Assembly (NCBI RefSeq): GCF_963921235.1
Contig: NC_086097.1
Location: 143,406,001 to 143,470,000, forward strand
From: Mobula hypostoma
Taxonomy: Eukaryota
DNA: 64,000 nt
Direction: 5' to 3'
Below are positions 1-14,599 of the stretch, in pieces. The position numbers and the translations under genes were made by a program. The notes under the pieces were generated by a model. That model did no database searches and was not told the DNA's origin. It saw nothing but the letters and a program-made list of their open reading frames with translations. Position 1 is the first letter of the stretch, and every line of letters begins with the position of its first letter.

Positions 1-1
1 T

Positions 2-358
<357 letters not shown>

Positions 359-1463
359 TAGTAACTGTTGATAATTGGGTCCTTTAGTGTCATAGACTGC
401 CAACTGTTTAATTAAAACATGGGGATTAGATATACGGGAGGCTCTGCTCTGTATTTGGACTTATCAAATTATGACAGAAACCTTACTATGTATGAGCTCT
501 GTTTTGTAACTGTCCTGGGGACTTCAGTGAGATGGGGAGAACATGAGTATACAGCTGCATTTTTCACTAATTCGAGCTTGTGCTGTCACTGGAGTAAACT
601 GTGGCCAAATTGTCAACTTCTCTGTGTCTTTGTTCCGTATCCCTAAAGAACTTCATCCATTAAAAGAACATCAGCCTCAGTCTTGACTGTTTTATTCTGG
701 TTGTTTGGTTGAGGTGTTGAGGGTGGGAACGCCCATATATCTAGTAAGAAAAAGCAAACAGATTAGGTCGGTGGCCTCTTATAACTGATTTGCCATTCAA
801 TAAGAGCAAGGTTAATCTTTCAGTTCTGCACTGTTTTCCTTTTATTAATTCTATATCCCTTGATTCTCTCAGTATCCAAAACCCTTTTAGTGACTGAGCT
901 CTACAGGCCTGCTAGTCAGTGAATTCCAATGATCCTCTACCCACTGGATGAAAGAAACTACTTCTCATCTGTCCTGAATAGCCAACCCCTTATTTTGATG
1001 CTGCTACCCAGTGTCATCCCAGTATCTTTACAATTAAACCCTGTAAAACTATTTTATGTTGTATTGAAATGGGATGTAGAGAAATAACTAAGCTAAGAAA
1101 GTGGATCAGTGTCTGCTTTTGCAGAAGACAGAGATGTATTGGTTGGTAGTGGTCTCATCACTGAGTTAGAGTTACAACCTCAGTCTTCAGAACTGCTTCT
1201 GTGAACCGGCTGAACTTTAGAGAAATAATTCCCATTACAATCATTAATTGGAACTCCAAAGGGGCCATTAGAGATCCCAAGGTGCTAATAAAAAAATGGA
1301 GAGTTTGTTTGTGCCCTCTCCAATAACTTTACTATTACAACCTGTGTCTTCAAAATCAGATTTTTGACTGATTTATTTTATCGCCATGTTGTGCGTAAGT
1401 TGATGTTTTGTTTATATTGACAAAACTACAGAAGTACTTCAAGAAATCTTGGGTTCTTAATAG

Positions 1464-1688
<225 letters not shown>

Positions 1689-2848
1689 TAGGGCACAAAC
1701 CAGTATCGCCCTTTCCTTCCCCACTTATGTAACGTACAGTAATCTCACATCACAACAGTCTCGGGGAAATACCATTATGAAACTTGCTCCTGACCTTTAT
1801 TGTAGCTTTTACCAATATTATTATTACCTTAGCATACTAAGGAGTAGGTTCTTTGTAGAATGATTGCAAGCAATGACATAAATTAACTTAGTACCTCATG
1901 AGAAGGAATGAACATCGAGATGTAGTCATATGAATAGTATCTGTGACATGACAGCCTCTTTGAGCTTCTACAGATATTACCTAACATCAAAGTACTGCAG
2001 TTGTTGGAAGTCAAAGTATACAATGCTGGAAATAATCAGAAGGCCAGGTAACATCTTTAGAAACAGAAACGGAGTTGATGTTTCAAGGTGATGTACTTTC
2101 CTCTTCCTGATGAAAGGAGTTCAGTTTGGTGTTGATTCTATCTCCATGGATGCTGCCTGACCTGCTGAGTACATCCAGCATTTTCTGTTATTGTTCCCGT
2201 TATTACCCCACAGTCACAATTGAATCTTTGTACTTTGATATTCTTAACTAAACGCCTGATATAAAATGCGATTCTAAAATGAGTTTTTGAAACCAAATGG
2301 TTTCCATAATTATCCTTTGATCATTTCTAATGTGCTGACTACGAAAGGTAGTTAAATCTTAACGGACTCATTAAAACTGAGGAAATTAGGAGTAAGAAGA
2401 AAGGACTCAGGGTGGGGATGATTAATACCCTGTCAAATCTGACTGCAAAATTAATTAACTAGATAAAGACATCAACATAAGGCGAACAAATAGACTCAAG
2501 GCAATCAAACAATGGAAAATTTAAGAAAAGGCGGAGGCTGGAATTCTGAAATGAAAATGGAAATGCTGAAAATTCTCAGCAGGTCAAGTGACGCATCTAG
2601 AAAGAAAACAGAGTTAAAGTTTCAGGTTAACATTCTGATGAAGGGTCTTCAACTTGAAATGTTAATTTTGTTTCTGTTCCAAGAAATGTCGAACCGCCTT
2701 ACGTGCTGAGTGTCTCCAGTATTTTCTGTTTTGAGTTAGATAAATGGAGAGGATGATAGAGTTCACAGGGGTGTTAGGAGATTGAAAATAAATTACTTGG
2801 TTCTGCAGCCTTTTCTGTCCTATAAATTCTTATCTGTCTGTGACAGCT

Positions 2849-5400
2849 AGAACATAGATCATAGAACAGTACAGCACAGGAGCAATGTTATGTTGAACCA
2901 ATTAAATTAGTAATCAAACACTTAACTAAACAAGCCTTTTTTTTGCCTACACAATGTCCATATCCTTCCATATTCCTCACATTCATGTGTCTATCTAAAC
3001 ATCTCATTAAAAGATTCTAAAGTATCTGCCTCTAGCACTACTCCAGGCAGTGCATTCCAGGCACCCACAACTCGCAGTGTGTTTAAAAAAAGAAATAAAA
3101 ACCTTACCCCTCATATCTCCTTTGAAATTGCCCCCTCACCTTTAAATGCATGCCGTCTTGTATTAGATATTTTTCAACCCTGGGGTAAAGATATTGTCTG
3201 TCTACTCTAACTATGCCTTTCATAATCTTATAAACTTCTATCAGATCTTCCCTCTGCCATTCCAGAGAAAACAACCTTAGTTTCACGTGCCTTCTCATCC
3301 AGGCAAAATCCTGGTAAACCTCTTCTGCACCCTCTCCAAAGCCTCGACATCCTTTCTATAAAAGGGTGACGGAACTGGAGACAATACTCCAAATGTGGCC
3401 TAACTAGAGTTTTATAAAGCTGCAACATAACTTTTGAACTCGATTCCTCTACTAATAAGGGCAAACATACTATATGCCTTCTTAACCACCCAATCAACCT
3501 CTGTAGCCACTTTCAGGGAACTGTAAACTTGGACCCCAAGATCCTTTTGCTTATCAGAACTGTTAGGGCTCTTTCTCTTTACAGTGTACTGTTTCTTCAC
3601 ATTTGGCCGTGTTAAACTCTATCAGCCATTTCTCCGCCCAAGTATGCAACTGATCTATATCCTGCTGCATTCTTTGTCATTCTTCTATGCTATCTACAAC
3701 ATCACCAATCTTTGTATCATCTGCAAATTTACTAACCCACTGATATAAATGTTTGACCAGGTAATTAATATATATCACAAAGAGCAGTGGTCCCTGTACA
3801 GATCTCTACGGAATGCCACTAATCACAGACCCCCAGCTAGAATAAGTCCCTTTGACTACTACCCTCTGTCTTTTATGGGCAAGTCAGTTCTGAATCTAAA
3901 TTGCCAATTCACCATGGATCCCATGTATCTCAATCTTCTGGATGAGCCTCCCATGAGAGACCTTGTCAAATGCTTTACTAAAATCCATGTAGACAACATC
4001 CACAACTCCTACCTTCATCAATCACCCTTGTCATCTCATCAAAAAAACTCTATCAAATTAGTAAGACAGTCTTTTCCTGCACAAAACCCTGCTGGTTCTC
4101 CCTAATTAGGCCATGGTTTTCAAAATACTTGTAAATCCTATCCCTAATAATTCTCTCCAGTGTCTTCCCTATAACTGACAAGAAACTCGCTGGTCTATAG
4201 TTTCCAGGATGATCCTTCTTGAATAATGGAACAACATTAGCTTCTCGCCATTCTTCCAGGACCTTGCCTGTGGACAAGATAGTATCGGTTAAGGCTCCCG
4301 CAATCCCTTCTCTTACTTTGTCAATAACCTGGGGTATATCCCATCAGGACCTGGGGGGGGGGGGAATGTTTATGCTCCTTAATGCTCTTTAAGAGTCCCA
4401 ACACTACCTTCTTCTTTACCTCAAAATACCCTAGCATAGCAATGCGATCAGCACTGATCTCCCTATTGTCCATGTCCTTCTCCTTGGTAAATACTGATGT
4501 TAAGTACTCATTAAGGACCTCACCCATATCCTCCACATCTAAGCCAATTTTCTCCCTTTTATACTTGAGTGGTCCTACCTTCTCCCTGGTTATCATCTTG
4601 CTCTTGATGTATGTACAGATTGCTTTGGGATTCTCTTTGATCCTACTTGCCAAGGACTTCTCATGACCCACCCTGGCTTTCCTAATTCCCTTCTTGAGTT
4701 CTTTTCTGCCTTTGTTATAATCCTCAAGGGTTCTGTTTGATTCTAGCTTCTTACTTTTACTTAATTTTCTTTTTTCTTCTTGACTTAATTTATCACCTCT
4801 GTCAACATCCAAGGTCCTCTTGTCTTGCCATCATTATCTTTCCTTCTACTGGAATATACCCGACCTCTCTTCTGTGCATTTTGTCTTTAAATACCCTCCA
4901 GATGTCAGATATGGACTACCTAAAAATAAATGTTCCCAATCAGCTTTCCCTAGTTCCTGCCTAATGTTTTCTTAATTCACCCTGCTCCAAATTAATGCTC
5001 TACTGCAAAGTCCATATTTATCTTTATCTATAGCTGTCTTAAAACAAGGAATTGTGATTACTGTTCCCTAACTATTCACACACTGACAGGTCGGTCACCT
5101 GGCTAGGCTCATTACCCAACACCGGGTCCAGTACAGCCACCGTTCTTGTTGGACTATCTACTTATTGATTTAAGATACCATCCTGGATGCACCTAACAAA
5201 TTTTGCCCCTTTTAAACTGCTTGTCCTATGAAGGACCCAGTTGAAATGAGGGAAGTTGAAGTCCTCCGTTACAACAACCCTATTGTATTAACACTTTTCC
5301 TTAATCTGCCTACATACCTGTTCATCATTGTCCCGGTGGCTGTTGTGGGGGCCTGTAGTACAATTCTATCACCTTCCTATTTTTGAGTTCTACCCACGCT
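2849..5400 (-). mobile_element. Decayed CR1 LINE (ORF2 endonuclease to RT and 3' tail)
   Basis: Minus-strand fragments PGNYRPASF, LVRPHLEYCLQF, NEYLTSVFTKE; tagaacatag-type tail at ~2850; many frameshifts. Confidence 0.85.
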
Positions 5401-5547
5401 GACTCAGTGAGTGAGTCCTCCATGATCTCCCCTCTGTGTGTCACATGTCCATCTGAGTTATAGAACCCAGGAAACTCTTAATTTAATATTATTTAGGCTT
5501 GAAGGTTTCACCTCACCTCTTTAGAGCATCAAAGATAGCCACATATC

Positions 5548-5810
5548 TTTATTTATTTATTGAGATACAACATTGAATAGGCCCTATTGACCCTTTGAGT
5601 CACACTGCCCAGCAGTCCCCTGATTTAATCCTAGCCTATCACGGGACAATTTACAATGACCAATCAACCTACCAACCTGTACGTCTTTAGGCTATGGGAG
5701 GAAATTGGCGCACCTGGAGGAAATCCACGTGGTCACAGGGCGAACGTAGAAACTCCTTACCGACAGCGGTGGGAATTGAACCCTGGTCGCCTGTACTGTA
5801 ACATGTCATG
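5548..5810 (-). mobile_element. SINE (HE1/V-SINE-like)
   Basis: (ttta)n tail, acaatttacaatgaccaatcaacctaccaac core, B-box-like ggttcaattccc on minus strand; related copy at ~31297-31520 (+). Confidence 0.6.
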
Positions 5811-6506
5811 CTGTCAGATAAGATTTAAAAGATAAAGACTGCAGCTGACATTCCATTTGTATACAGTTCTCAAAGGACTTGAATTCATTGCCGTGGCGTA
5901 TTTTGCTGGTTTGGATTCCCTCAGATGAAGGTAAGAGGGGAAACAATTCTCAGTTTGGATGACATGGTTTCCTATGCTCCACAACGAACAAAGTGAACCC
6001 CAGGGTCATTGGGAAATACCAAAAGGTGCTTATTCCAGACTGGCAGTAATCCTTGTTGGGGAGGGCCCAAGAATGAAGAGGGTTGACCGTAATAAAGCTG
6101 TAAAAGGTAGCAGCAAAATTAGGCTATTGAATCTGCTCCACCATTTGATCATGGCTGATTTATTTCCCTCTCAATCCCATTCTCCTGTCTTCTTCACTTA
6201 CTTTTGATGCCCAGACTAATCAGGACCCTATCAACCTCTGCTTTAAATATACCCAGCAACTTGGCCTCTACAGTCATATGAAGCAATGAATTCCACAGAT
6301 TTGCCACCCTCTGGTTTAAGAAATTCCTCCTAATCCCTGTTCGAAAGAGATATCTTTCTTTAACTTAATGACTGCTTCACAAGTGAGGTGCATTGGGAGC
6401 ACGGCTACTATTGTAACCAATTTGATGTAGTTACATCAAATTAACAGCAACATGATGATGATTAAGTCTTTTTTATATATATTGCCCAGACTTGAACATT
6501 TTCTGA

Positions 6507-6701
<195 letters not shown>

Positions 6702-6792
6702 TAGCTGTCTTTGTATTTACTCTTTTCTTTTAAACTATCTTCTTACTTCCTTTGAAAAAGGTGGCTTGCTTTAAGTGGGTTCAGACACTCTT

Positions 6793-8573
6793 TGAATTGA
6801 TTATGGGGAGCAAGGACATGGCAGACCAATTGAATAATTACTTTGGTTCTGTCTTCACTAAGGAGGACATAAATAATCTTCCAGAAATAGTAAGGGACAG
6901 AGGGTCCAGTGAGATGGAGGAACTGAGCGAAATACATGTTAGTAGGGAAGTGGTGTTAGGTAAATTGAAGGGATTGAAGGCAGATAAATCCCCAGGGCCA
7001 GATGGTCTGCATCCCAGAGTGCTTAAGGAAGTGGCCCAAGAAATAGTGGATGCATTAGTGATAATTTTTCAAAACTCGTTAGATTCTGGACTAGTTCCTG
7101 AGGATTGGAGGGTGGCTAATGTAACCCCACTTTTTAAAAAAGGAGGGAGAGAGAAACCGGGGAATTATAGGCCGGTTAGCCTAACGTCGGTGGTGGGGAA
7201 ACTGCTGGAGTCAGTTATCAAGGATGTGATAACAGCACATTTGGAAAGCGGTGAAATGATCGGACAAAGTCAGCATGGATTTGTGAAAGGAAAATCATGT
7301 CTGACGAATCTCATAGAATTTTTTGAGGATGTAACTAGTAGAGTGGATAGGGGAGAACCAGTGGATGTGGTATATTTGGATTTTCAAAAGGCTTTTGACA
7401 AGGTCCCACATAGGAGATTAGTGTGCAAACTTAAAGCACACGGTATTGGGGGTAAGGTATTGGTGTGGGTGGAGAATTGGTTAGCAGACAGGAAGCAAAG
7501 AGTGGGAATAAACGGGACCTTTTCAGAATGGCAGGCGGTGACTAGTGGGGTACCGCAAGGCTCAGTGCTGGGACCCCAGTTGTTTACAATATATATTAAT
7601 GACTTGGATGAGGGAATTAAATGCAGCATCTCCAAGTTTGCGGATGACACGAAGCTGGGTGGCAGTGTTAGCAGTGAGGAGGATGCTAAGAGGATGCAGG
7701 GTGACTTGGATAGGTTGGGTGAGTGGGCAAACTCATGGCAGATGCAATTTAATGTGGATAAATGTGAAGTTATCCACTTTGGTGGCAAAAATAGGAAAAC
7801 AGATTATTATCTGAATGGTGGCCGATTAGGAAAAGGGGAGGTGCAACGAGACCTGGGTGTCATTATACACCAGTCATTGAAAGTGGGCATGCAGGTACAG
7901 CAGGCGGTGAAAAAGGCGAACGGTATGCTGGCATTTATAGCGAGAGGATTCGAGTACAGGAGCAGGGAGGTACTACTGCAGTTGTACAAGGCCTTGGTGA
8001 GACCACACCTGGAGTATTGTGTGCAGTTTTGGTCCCCTAATCTGAGGAAAGACATCTTTGCCATAGAGGGAGTACAAAGAAGGTTCACCAGATTGATTCC
8101 TGGGATGGCAGGTCTTTCATATGAAGAAAGACTGGATGAACTGGGCTTGTACTCGTTGGAATTTAGAAGATTGAGGGGGGATCTGATTGAAACGTATAAG
8201 ATCCTAAAGGGATTGGACAGGCTAGATGCAGGAAGATTGTTCCCGATGTTGGGGAGGTCTAGAACGAGGGGTCACAGTTTGAGGATAGAGGGGAAGCCTT
8301 TTAGGACCGAGGTTAGGAAAAACTTCTTCACACAGAGAGTGGTGAATCTGTGGAATTCTCTGCCACAGCAAACTGTTGAGGCCAGTTCATTAGCTATGTT
8401 TAAAAGGAAGTTAGATATGGCCCTTGTGGCTACAGGGGTCAGGGGGTATGGAGGGAAGGCTGGGTTCTGAGTTGGATGATCAGCCATGATCATAATAAAT
8501 GGCGGTGCAGGCTCGAAGGGCCGAATGGCCTACTCCTGCACCTATTTTCTATGTTTCTATGTTTCTATGTTTC
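6793..8573 (+). mobile_element. Young 5'-truncated CR1 LINE with open RT frame, in last NACAD intron
   Basis: Open RT frame ([24 protein letters not shown]) to 8470 and (tttctatg)n tail; nearly identical to 56773-58551. Confidence 0.95.
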
Positions 8574-9589
8574 TTTCTGACTATTCCCACTGGACCTAAC
8601 GTTGAGTTTGCCCCTACCCAATCAGGCGAATCTCCCATCCCTGCAGGTTGGAAGAGCCTTGAGTGAGAAAAGCCTGTGGCTGTCCATTCCATTGTCTGAA
8701 AGAAAAATAAATTTGCCACATGTGATTGAAATCTAAATTAAAAATTGTGACTGCTGCAGCAACAAATAACAAAAACTGTCACTTTAAACAAATAAGTTGT
8801 GTTTGGAAGTTCAGCAGATTCATTAATCAACCTCTGCAGCTAGGAACTGGAATCTGATACATCCTGGATTCCTTGACTCTAGTCAAACAATATGTGGTCT
8901 GCTATTTAAGCTGTCTCTAGCTTTAGTTAAATACTCAGTTTTTCCCATGAATTGACAATAAAAAACAGCCCTGCTTCCATTGCCCACTATTGGAAATATC
9001 TTTCCCCAGTGCGTGGGTAATAAACAGGAACCCAAGGGAGATCTTATCCATTGGCAGGAATGGTGGACTCAGGCTAGACCTTACTGGCATGGTGCTGACT
9101 AATTCCTGACATCCCTAGTTTAGAATGGTTACATATTTAGAGTCAGTGCGGAAATTTCAGCAGCTATGCATGAACGGATTAGATGGGGTCAGGTGTCAGG
9201 AGAAGTGGTGGAGGCTTGCTGGGTGGCAGTGGTTGGGTTGAGAAAGTGAGCTGACAAGAAGGGTCTCTCTACTTGCTGATGAGTCAAAGGAAAGAATAAG
9301 CAGCAATACACACCTTTAGCTTCCAATTCCCTCTAGATATATTCTCTGCTGGGCTTTCTTCCTCTGGTCAACATTAAACCTGGTTCTCTTATTTGATAGC
9401 TGCTCAGGAAGGCAGCTTTAAATTGAATATGGGAAGCTCCAGATATCACTACTAAAATGTTCATCAATGAGTGGGTTCCCTGCTTATTCATTTTACCTGT
9501 TGAGCAAGTTGGAACCAACTCTTTGGAGTCATATGGATGTGACAATCTGCTGAGTGATTATCTTTAATTCTGTTTTCTTTCTCTTCTAG

Positions 9590-9604
9590 GAATTAACAAT
9601 GTAA
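9590..9604 (+). CDS. NACAD: NACAD terminal coding exon (ELTM-stop)
   Basis: Polypyrimidine tract ending ctcttctag|GAA TTA ACA ATG TAA; the ELTM C-terminus is conserved in NACA/NACAD. Confidence 0.9.
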   Translation, partial: ELTM

Positions 9605-9709
9605 ACTGCAAAATGGAGATCTATTTCTATATATATTCGCTGGATATTATCAACATTATAAAGTATAACCAAATTGTAAATCATACAAGTTTGCATCTGT
9701 AATACTGCT

Positions 9710-9715
9710 AATAAA
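9710..9715 (+). terminator. Putative NACAD polyadenylation signal AATAAA
   Basis: AATAAA about 105 nt after the stop codon. Confidence 0.6.
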
Positions 9716-9835
9716 CTCAATCTATGGAAACCAAGCCAAGAGATTCTTTAAGTGTTTCCTTAGGTAATCACTGGGATGGAGAAGAGTTTTTCATGGGCTG
9801 AAAGCTCACCAGAAACATGTACACACATTGTAGAG

Positions 9836-9915
9836 CAGAGGTTCCCAACTTTTTTTATGTCATGGACACTCACCATTAACTGAGGGGTCTGTGGACCCCA
9901 AGTTGGGAACCTTTG
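9836..9915. mobile_element. ~80-bp hAT-like MITE
   Basis: Terminal inverted repeats cagaggttcccaact/agttgggaacctttg; related copies at ~20432-20518 and ~53544-53621. Confidence 0.55.
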
Positions 9916-10164
9916 GTCTGGACTGACATACTGAAGGGGTATTGGACTGCCAGAAGCACTATCTTTAGGTTAAGATATTAAATCATTTGCATTCTCAGGT
10001 AATTATAAATCTTCCCCAATAGTTGTAGAAGAGCAACAAGAAAATTTGCAGCATCTTGGCCTATTTTATCCTTTAAAACACCCAATTAAAATCCATCATT
10101 TGATCATTATCTCTTTGCCTTTTTATGGAATCATTTTCTTGTGGAACTTCGGCCAGCTTGTAGA

Positions 10165-10660
10165 TGTATGGCTGTTCTGTTACAAGAAGGATGTGGAGGC
10201 TTTGGAAAGGGTACGGAAGAGATGTACCAGGATACTACATGGATTAGAGGGTATGAGCTAAAAGGGGTGGTTGGACAAATTTGTTTTCTCTGGAAAGTCG
10301 GGTGCTGAGGGAAGACCTGGTAGAAATTTAGAAAATTATGAAAAGCATGGGTAGGGTAGACAGAATCTTCCTCCTAAGGTAAAAATGTCAAATTCTGGAG
10401 CATGTGCATTTAGGGTGACAGGGGAAAGTTTAAGGGAGATATGTAGGGCATGACCTTTTCTGGTGTCTTGCTGTAGTGATAGAAACAGATATGATAATGG
10501 CACTTAAGGAACTTGTAGATACACATATAAGTATGCTGAGAATGGAGGGATCTGGATAATAAGCAGGCAGAAGAGATTGCATATTTTGGCATCATGACTG
10601 ACACGAACATAATAGGACAAAGGGCCTGTTTCTCTGCTTTACTGTTTTATGTCCTATTGT
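10165..10660 (+). mobile_element. Decayed CR1 3' fragment
   Basis: YKKDVEALERVRKRCTRILHGL-like translation and a CR1-type 3' end. Confidence 0.7.
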
Positions 10661-11004
10661 GCCTTAGTTAAATCCATGTTCCCTGATGGATTCTCCTTGA
10701 TGTAGTCCTTTTTTCTTCCTGCTTTTGCCTCCTCAGGACTCATCTGTCTTCTTCCTCCTTTCAATCATGTTGGAGATTCAAAGCATCTGACTCCAAAACC
10801 CTCTCCAAATCGGGAGCTTCATCCATCCTATAAATCGAGAAACCTTCAGGTCTTACCTACTTATCCAGTGTGTCCAGATTGAGCCTTATCTCCATGAAAC
10901 AGACCAGTTAGCCTGACCTGAGTCATTGCTAAGATGTCCCCTATTAAGGATGACGTTTTGGGATACTTGGAGGCACAAGAGAAAACAGGCTGATGTCAAT
11001 GGGG

Positions 11005-13497
11005 AAACAAAAGAAAATCTGCAGATGCTGGAAATCCGAGCAACACACACAAAATGCTGGAGAAACTCAGCAGGCCAGGCAGCATTTAGGGAAAGACTAC
11101 AGCCGATGATTTGGACCAAAAACCCTTCGGCAGGACTGGAGAAAAAAGGATGAGGAGTAGATTTAAAAGCTGGGGGGGGGGTGGGGGGAGTGGGGAGAAA
11201 TCATAAGGTGGTAGGTGAAACCTGAAGGGGGAGGGGTGAAGTAAAGAGCTGGGAAGTTGATTAGTGAAAGAAACAGAAGGCTATGGAAGAAAGAAGAGAT
11301 GGGAGGAGCACCAGAGGGAGGCAATGGGTGGGCAAGGAGATAAGGTGAGAGAGGGAAAATAGGATGGGAAATGGTGAAGGGAAGGGTCATTACCAGAAGT
11401 TGGAGAAGTCAATGTTCATGGCATCAGGTTGGAGGCTACCCAGACAGAATATAAGGTGTTGTTTCTCCAACCGAACTGTGACATCATCATGATACTGGGG
11501 GCCATGGATAGACATATCGGAATGGAAAGTGGAATTAAAATGGGAGATCCCACTGCTGCTGTAAAGCCGGTCTCCCCTTCCCCCAACACCACTCCACAAT
11601 CCCGTCTCCTCTTCCCCCACCACCACTCTGCAATCCCGTCTCCCCCTCCCCCACCACCACTCCACAATCCCGTCTCCCCTTCCCCCACCACCACTACGCA
11701 ATCCCGTCTCCCCTTCCCCCACCACCACTACGCAATCCCGTCTTTCTCAGGTCCCACCGCCAGCTCTTGGGTCCTCAGACTCCATCTTCCTCTCACCTTA
11801 CCATCCTTGAACACCCCAAACCTCCTTTCCCCTCAGACATGACCAAACTTTGTCCCCCCTCCGATCCCAACTCTCATCTGTGTTGCTTCTTCACCATTCC
11901 CTCTGACTTTCCCCTCTGAGGCAGAACGTTCTGTCCTCAGTAAGGGCTTCACCTCTGCCCCCCTGCACCTACACCTTAGTAAGTTCCTTGCCCGCTACGA
12001 TGCTGAGCTCTTCTTCTGCTGCCTCCATCTGTGAGCCTATTTCTTTGGCAAGGACTCTTCACTCCGCACCGATGACCCCTTCTCTCATCTTTAACCCTCC
12101 TTCTCTTCCTGGACACCCCGCCCTAGTCTTCTGCCTGCTCTGGATGTTGTCATTGCCAACTGCCGATGGGACATCAGCTTCCAACCTCATTCCAACCTCA
12201 CTCCTTCCAAACGCTCAGCTCTCCACTCCCTGCACACCTATCCTAACTACACCGTCAAACCCGCAGATAAGAGGGTGCTGTAGAAGTTTGCCGTTCTGAC
12301 CTCTACCTTGCTGAGACGCAGCACCAACTCTCAAACACCTCCTCTTACTTACCCCTTGAACATGATCCCACTAAGGAATACCAGGCCATTGTCTCCCACA
12401 CCATCACCAACCTTATTAACTCTAGAGATCTCCCATCCACCTTCACCAGCAGTTCCAGCACCCTGCACCTCCCATTTCTACCTCCTACCCAAGGTCCACA
12501 AACCCACTTGTCCAGGTAGACCCATTGTTTTAGCTTGTTTCTGTTCCACTGAACTCATATCAGCATACCTTGACTCTGTTTTATCCCCCTTAGTTCAGTC
12601 CGTTCCCACCTACATCCATGACACTTCACATGCTCTGGATCTTTTCAATGATTTTAAGTTCCCTGGCCCCCATCACCCTATTTTTACTTTTGATGTCCAG
12701 TCCCTATACATCTCCGTCCCCCACCAGGAAGGCCTCAAAGCTCTCTGCTTTTTTTCTGGACACCAGACCCAACCAGTTCCCCTCCATCACCACCCTCCTC
12801 CACCTAGCGGAACTTGTCTTCACTCTCAATAATTTCTCCTTTGGCTCCTCCCACTTCCGTTAAGCAAAAAGTGTAGCCATGGGCACTTGCATGGGTCCCA
12901 GCTATGCCTGCCTGTCTGTCAGCTATGTGGAACAGTCTATATTCCAAGCCTACACTGGTGACCGTCCCACACTTTTCCTATGCTATATCAATGACTGCAT
13001 TCGTGCTGCTTCCTGCACCCATGCTGAACTCGTTGACTTCATCCACTTTGCCTCCAATTTCCACCCTGCCCTCAAATTTACCTGGTCTATTTCCGACACC
13101 TCCCTCCCCTTTCTTGATCTCTCTGTCTCTGTCTCTGGAGACAGCTTATCCACCGATGTCTATTACAAACCCACAGACTCTCACACCTACCTGGACTATC
13201 CCTCTTCCCACCCTGTTACTTGTAAAAATGCCATCCCCTTCTCTCAATTCCTCCGTCTCTGCTGCATCTGCTCTCAGGATGAGACTTTTCATTCTAGAAT
13301 GAAGGAGATGTCCTCCTTTTTCAAGCAAAGGGGCTTCCCTTCCTCCACCACCAATGCTGCCCTCAACTGCATCTCTTCCATTTTGTGCCCATCTGCCCTC
13401 ACCCCATCATCCTGCCACCCTACCACCCTCCTCTTGTCCTCACCTACCACCTCACCAGCTTCTGTGTCCAGCACATAATTCTCTGTAACTTCTGCCA
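11005..13497 (+). mobile_element. Penelope-like element: inverted 3' end (11005-11550, -) followed by frameshifted RT ORF (+)
   Basis: FYLLPKVHKPTCPGRPIV, FDVQSLY, MGTCMGPSYA, YKPTDSHTYLDY are PLE RT motifs; minus-strand EKQHLIFCLGSLQPDAMNIDFSNF is the C-terminal end of the GIY-YIG domain. Confidence 0.85.
11569..11742. repeat. 34-bp minisatellite, ~5 copies
   Basis: Unit cgtctccccttcccccaccaccactccacaatcc; aatcccgtc recurs at 11598, 11632, 11666, 11700, 11734. Confidence 0.9.
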
Positions 13498-13633
13498 TAA
13501 GGAAATAACAGGCAGATTAGACAAAGGAGTCAGTGGATGTTGTTTACTGGGATTTTCAAAAGGCCTTATCAATTGTGCTGCTAAACAAGATGAGGGCCCA
13601 TGGTATCACAGGAAATATACTAGCACAGCAACA

Positions 13634-14100
13634 AAGTCAAAGTCAATGTAAAATTTATTATCAGAGTACATACATGTCACCACATACAACACTGAAATCC
13701 TTTTTCCTGTTGCATACTCGGCAAATCTACAGAACAGTAACTATAAATAGGATCATTGAAAGAGCAAGAGCATGGAAGACATCTAACTGTGCAAATGCAA
13801 ATATAAATAAATAGCATAAATAATGAGGGTTTAAAAAAGCAAGATAAAGAGAACTTAAAGCTCGGTCATTGCTTGTGAGAACATCTCAATAGATGAAGGC
13901 ATAGTTATCCTCTTGTTTTTTTGAGAGCTTTGTGGTTGAAGGGTAGTAATTGTCCTTGAACCTGGTGGTGGGAGTCCTGAGGCTCTTGTACCTTCTACCT
14001 GATAGCAGCAGTGAGAAGAGAGAATGGCCTGGGTGGTGAGGTTCTTTGATGATGGATGCTGCTTCTCTACAGCAGTGTTTCATGTAGATGCCTTCCTTCG
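13634..14100 (-). mobile_element. Rex1/Babar-type LINE 3' fragment
   Basis: SIIKEPHHPGHSLFSLLLSGRRYKSLRTPTTRFKDNYYP C-terminal motif; (tttgac)n tail and AATAAA on minus strand. Confidence 0.75.
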
Positions 14101-14599
14101 ACAGCGTTTCACGCAAAAGATTGGCTGACTGGCAGAAGACAAAGAGTGGCAATAAAGGGGACCTTTTCGTGCTGACTGCTGGTGACAAGTGGTGTTTTCA
14201 GGTATTGGTGTTGGGTCTGCTATTTTTTGCTTTATATGTTAATGACAGAATTGACGGCTTGTGGACAAGCTTCCAGATGATACAAAAATAGGCAGACAGG
14301 CAGGTAGAGTTGAGGAAACACGGAATCTGCAGAAGGACTTGGACTGATTAGAAGAATGAGCAAAGAAGTAGCAGGTGCATTACAGTATAAGGTATGTATA
14401 GTCATGCAATTTGGTCAAAGAAATAATGACCTGCTCTATTTTCTAACTGGAGAGCAAATTCAGAAATGAAAAGTGCAAAATGACTTGGAAGTCCTAGTGC
14501 AAGATTCCCTAAATGTTAACTTGACTTGGTAGTAAGGAAAGCAAATACAATGTCATTCCAAGAGAACTAGAATAGAAAAACAAGGATGTACAGTAACTT

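Noticed and set aside
7384-8493. Antisense ORFs duplicated at 57364-58473 and 28093-29070
   Set aside because: Shadow frames of CR1 RT, repeated only because the elements are near-identical.
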